From Bugula neritina (lineage: Eukaryota; Animalia; Bryozoa): a stretch of DNA of 64,000 nt. A program made the position numbers and the translations under genes. The DNA is taken from NCBI GenBank assembly GCA_964035545.1, contig OZ037773.1, positions 7,717,751 to 7,781,750 of the forward strand, read 5' to 3'. How positions within the stretch are numbered: position 1 is the first letter of the stretch; each line of letters begins with the position of its first letter. This document shows, one piece after another, positions 63,101 through 64,000 of this stretch. The notes under the pieces were generated by a model. The model saw only the letters and a program-made list of their open reading frames with translations, did no database searches and was not told the DNA's origin.

Positions 63101-64000
63101 CCAATAGCTACACTCGTATTATACATCCGTCCAATAGCTACACTTGTATTATACATCTGTCCAATAGCTGCGCTTGTATTATACATCTGTCCAATAGCTG
63201 CAATGTATACTTACTCTGTTTCTAGTCAGCCAAATAATAAGAAGACAACTTCTGAAGAGAAACTTCCTTCTGATAAGTTAATGGCTTTAGATCTAGCTAT
63301 AATATGGAGCATAGAGCAGTGTGGTGAGTTTATATACATTATATATTATGCACGCACACACTTTCTTTATTACATAGCATGAAGTATTAACATTGCACCA
63401 AGTTCTCATATTATAATATAAGTTTTTGTTACCACCCAGACAACGACGAACTGAAAAAGAAGATGTATGGTAACATTCTATTGGTTGGCGGTGGTCTGCT
63501 CTTTGAGGGGGTGGAGAGTTTGCTGCAGTACAGAGTCTGGTTGAATCTACCACCTCAATACCAGTCAGCTGCCTCTGTTAACGTCCTCACCAGGTCAAAG
63601 GTTAGCTTCCCCCTAATACTACATCATTGTAGGAGTGTTGGTTTTGCATTCTTATAATATTTTCATAGCTCCATGCATTATCTATTGGATTTGCTATAGA
63701 AGGGGCTCAACAAATTTTGCTGTCAATTAATAAGTAAATCTTAGCAATGATTTTGAGACCTGTCTCAGAAAGGGTAGTCAAACAAATCAGAAAACTAAAT
63801 TAATATAACATTATATAAAATGTGTTATAATATAATAACTATGCTATATTGTAACCATTATATTGATTATAATATATTATTATCAAGTATCTCACATTAG
63901 ATGTCATTTTCCACTGTATGAGTTCTATTAGTTACTCATGTAAATGGAAAGAAATAGCTATCCTTTCAATTATTACAGGACGTAGACCCCCAGTATGTGT
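57133..64000 (+). CDS. ACTR8: Actin-related protein 8 (INO80 complex subunit), 3' end truncated by the window
   Basis: Exons 57133-57204, 58147-58350, 58823-58933, 59466-59747, 60089-60199, 60880-60995, 61161-61317, 61669-61807, 62302-62399, 62910-63061, 63226-63323, 63440-63600 and 63979-64000+. Arp8 motifs IVIHPGSLHLRIG, PHCIA, WPISYGELN, ILLIPDIFNR, QESVCAGFGVG..CVVDVGDHKTSIACVEDG, LRYGGRDIT and ILLVGGG. Confidence 0.95.
61340..61495. repeat. (TATAC)n-type repeat after an ACTR8 donor
   Basis: Pentamer run beginning about 20 nt after gtgagt at 61318. Confidence 0.9.
63067..63200. repeat. 30-bp minisatellite (ctgtccaatagctacacttgtattatacat), about 4.5 copies, filling ACTR8 intron 10
   Basis: Starts 5 nt into the 164-nt intron 63062-63225. 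Confidence 0.93.

Overview
AT-rich, intron-rich eukaryotic DNA from an invertebrate animal; the species cannot be determined from sequence alone. I rebuilt eight spliced protein-coding genes by hand from GT-AG sites, reading phase and recognisable protein motifs. In order: the 3' end of an EGF-repeat gene (+), GTF2A2/TFIIA-gamma (-, absent from the ORF track), LHFPL2-like tetraspan (+), CREBZF/Zhangfei-like bZIP (-), the piRNA helicase TDRD9/spindle-E (+, 26 coding exons, about 1472 aa), a secreted Reeler + Thr-mucin + CBM14-like protein (+), ZC2HC1C-like (-) and ACTR8/Arp8 (+, runs off the window). Three pairs are head-to-head. No rRNA, tRNA gene, CRISPR array or intact transposon ORF is visible, and most ORF-track entries are repeat artefacts. 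The most unusual signals are: (i) many unrelated minisatellites anchored at splice sites, including duplicated decoy 3' splice sites; (ii) drifting 6-bp-periodic, palindrome-rich tracts near five promoters; (iii) a CREBZF that keeps the bZIP Asn and has a nearby ATF4-type element; (iv) perfect CLEAR and RFX X-box sites. All exon models are manual and need RNA-seq confirmation.
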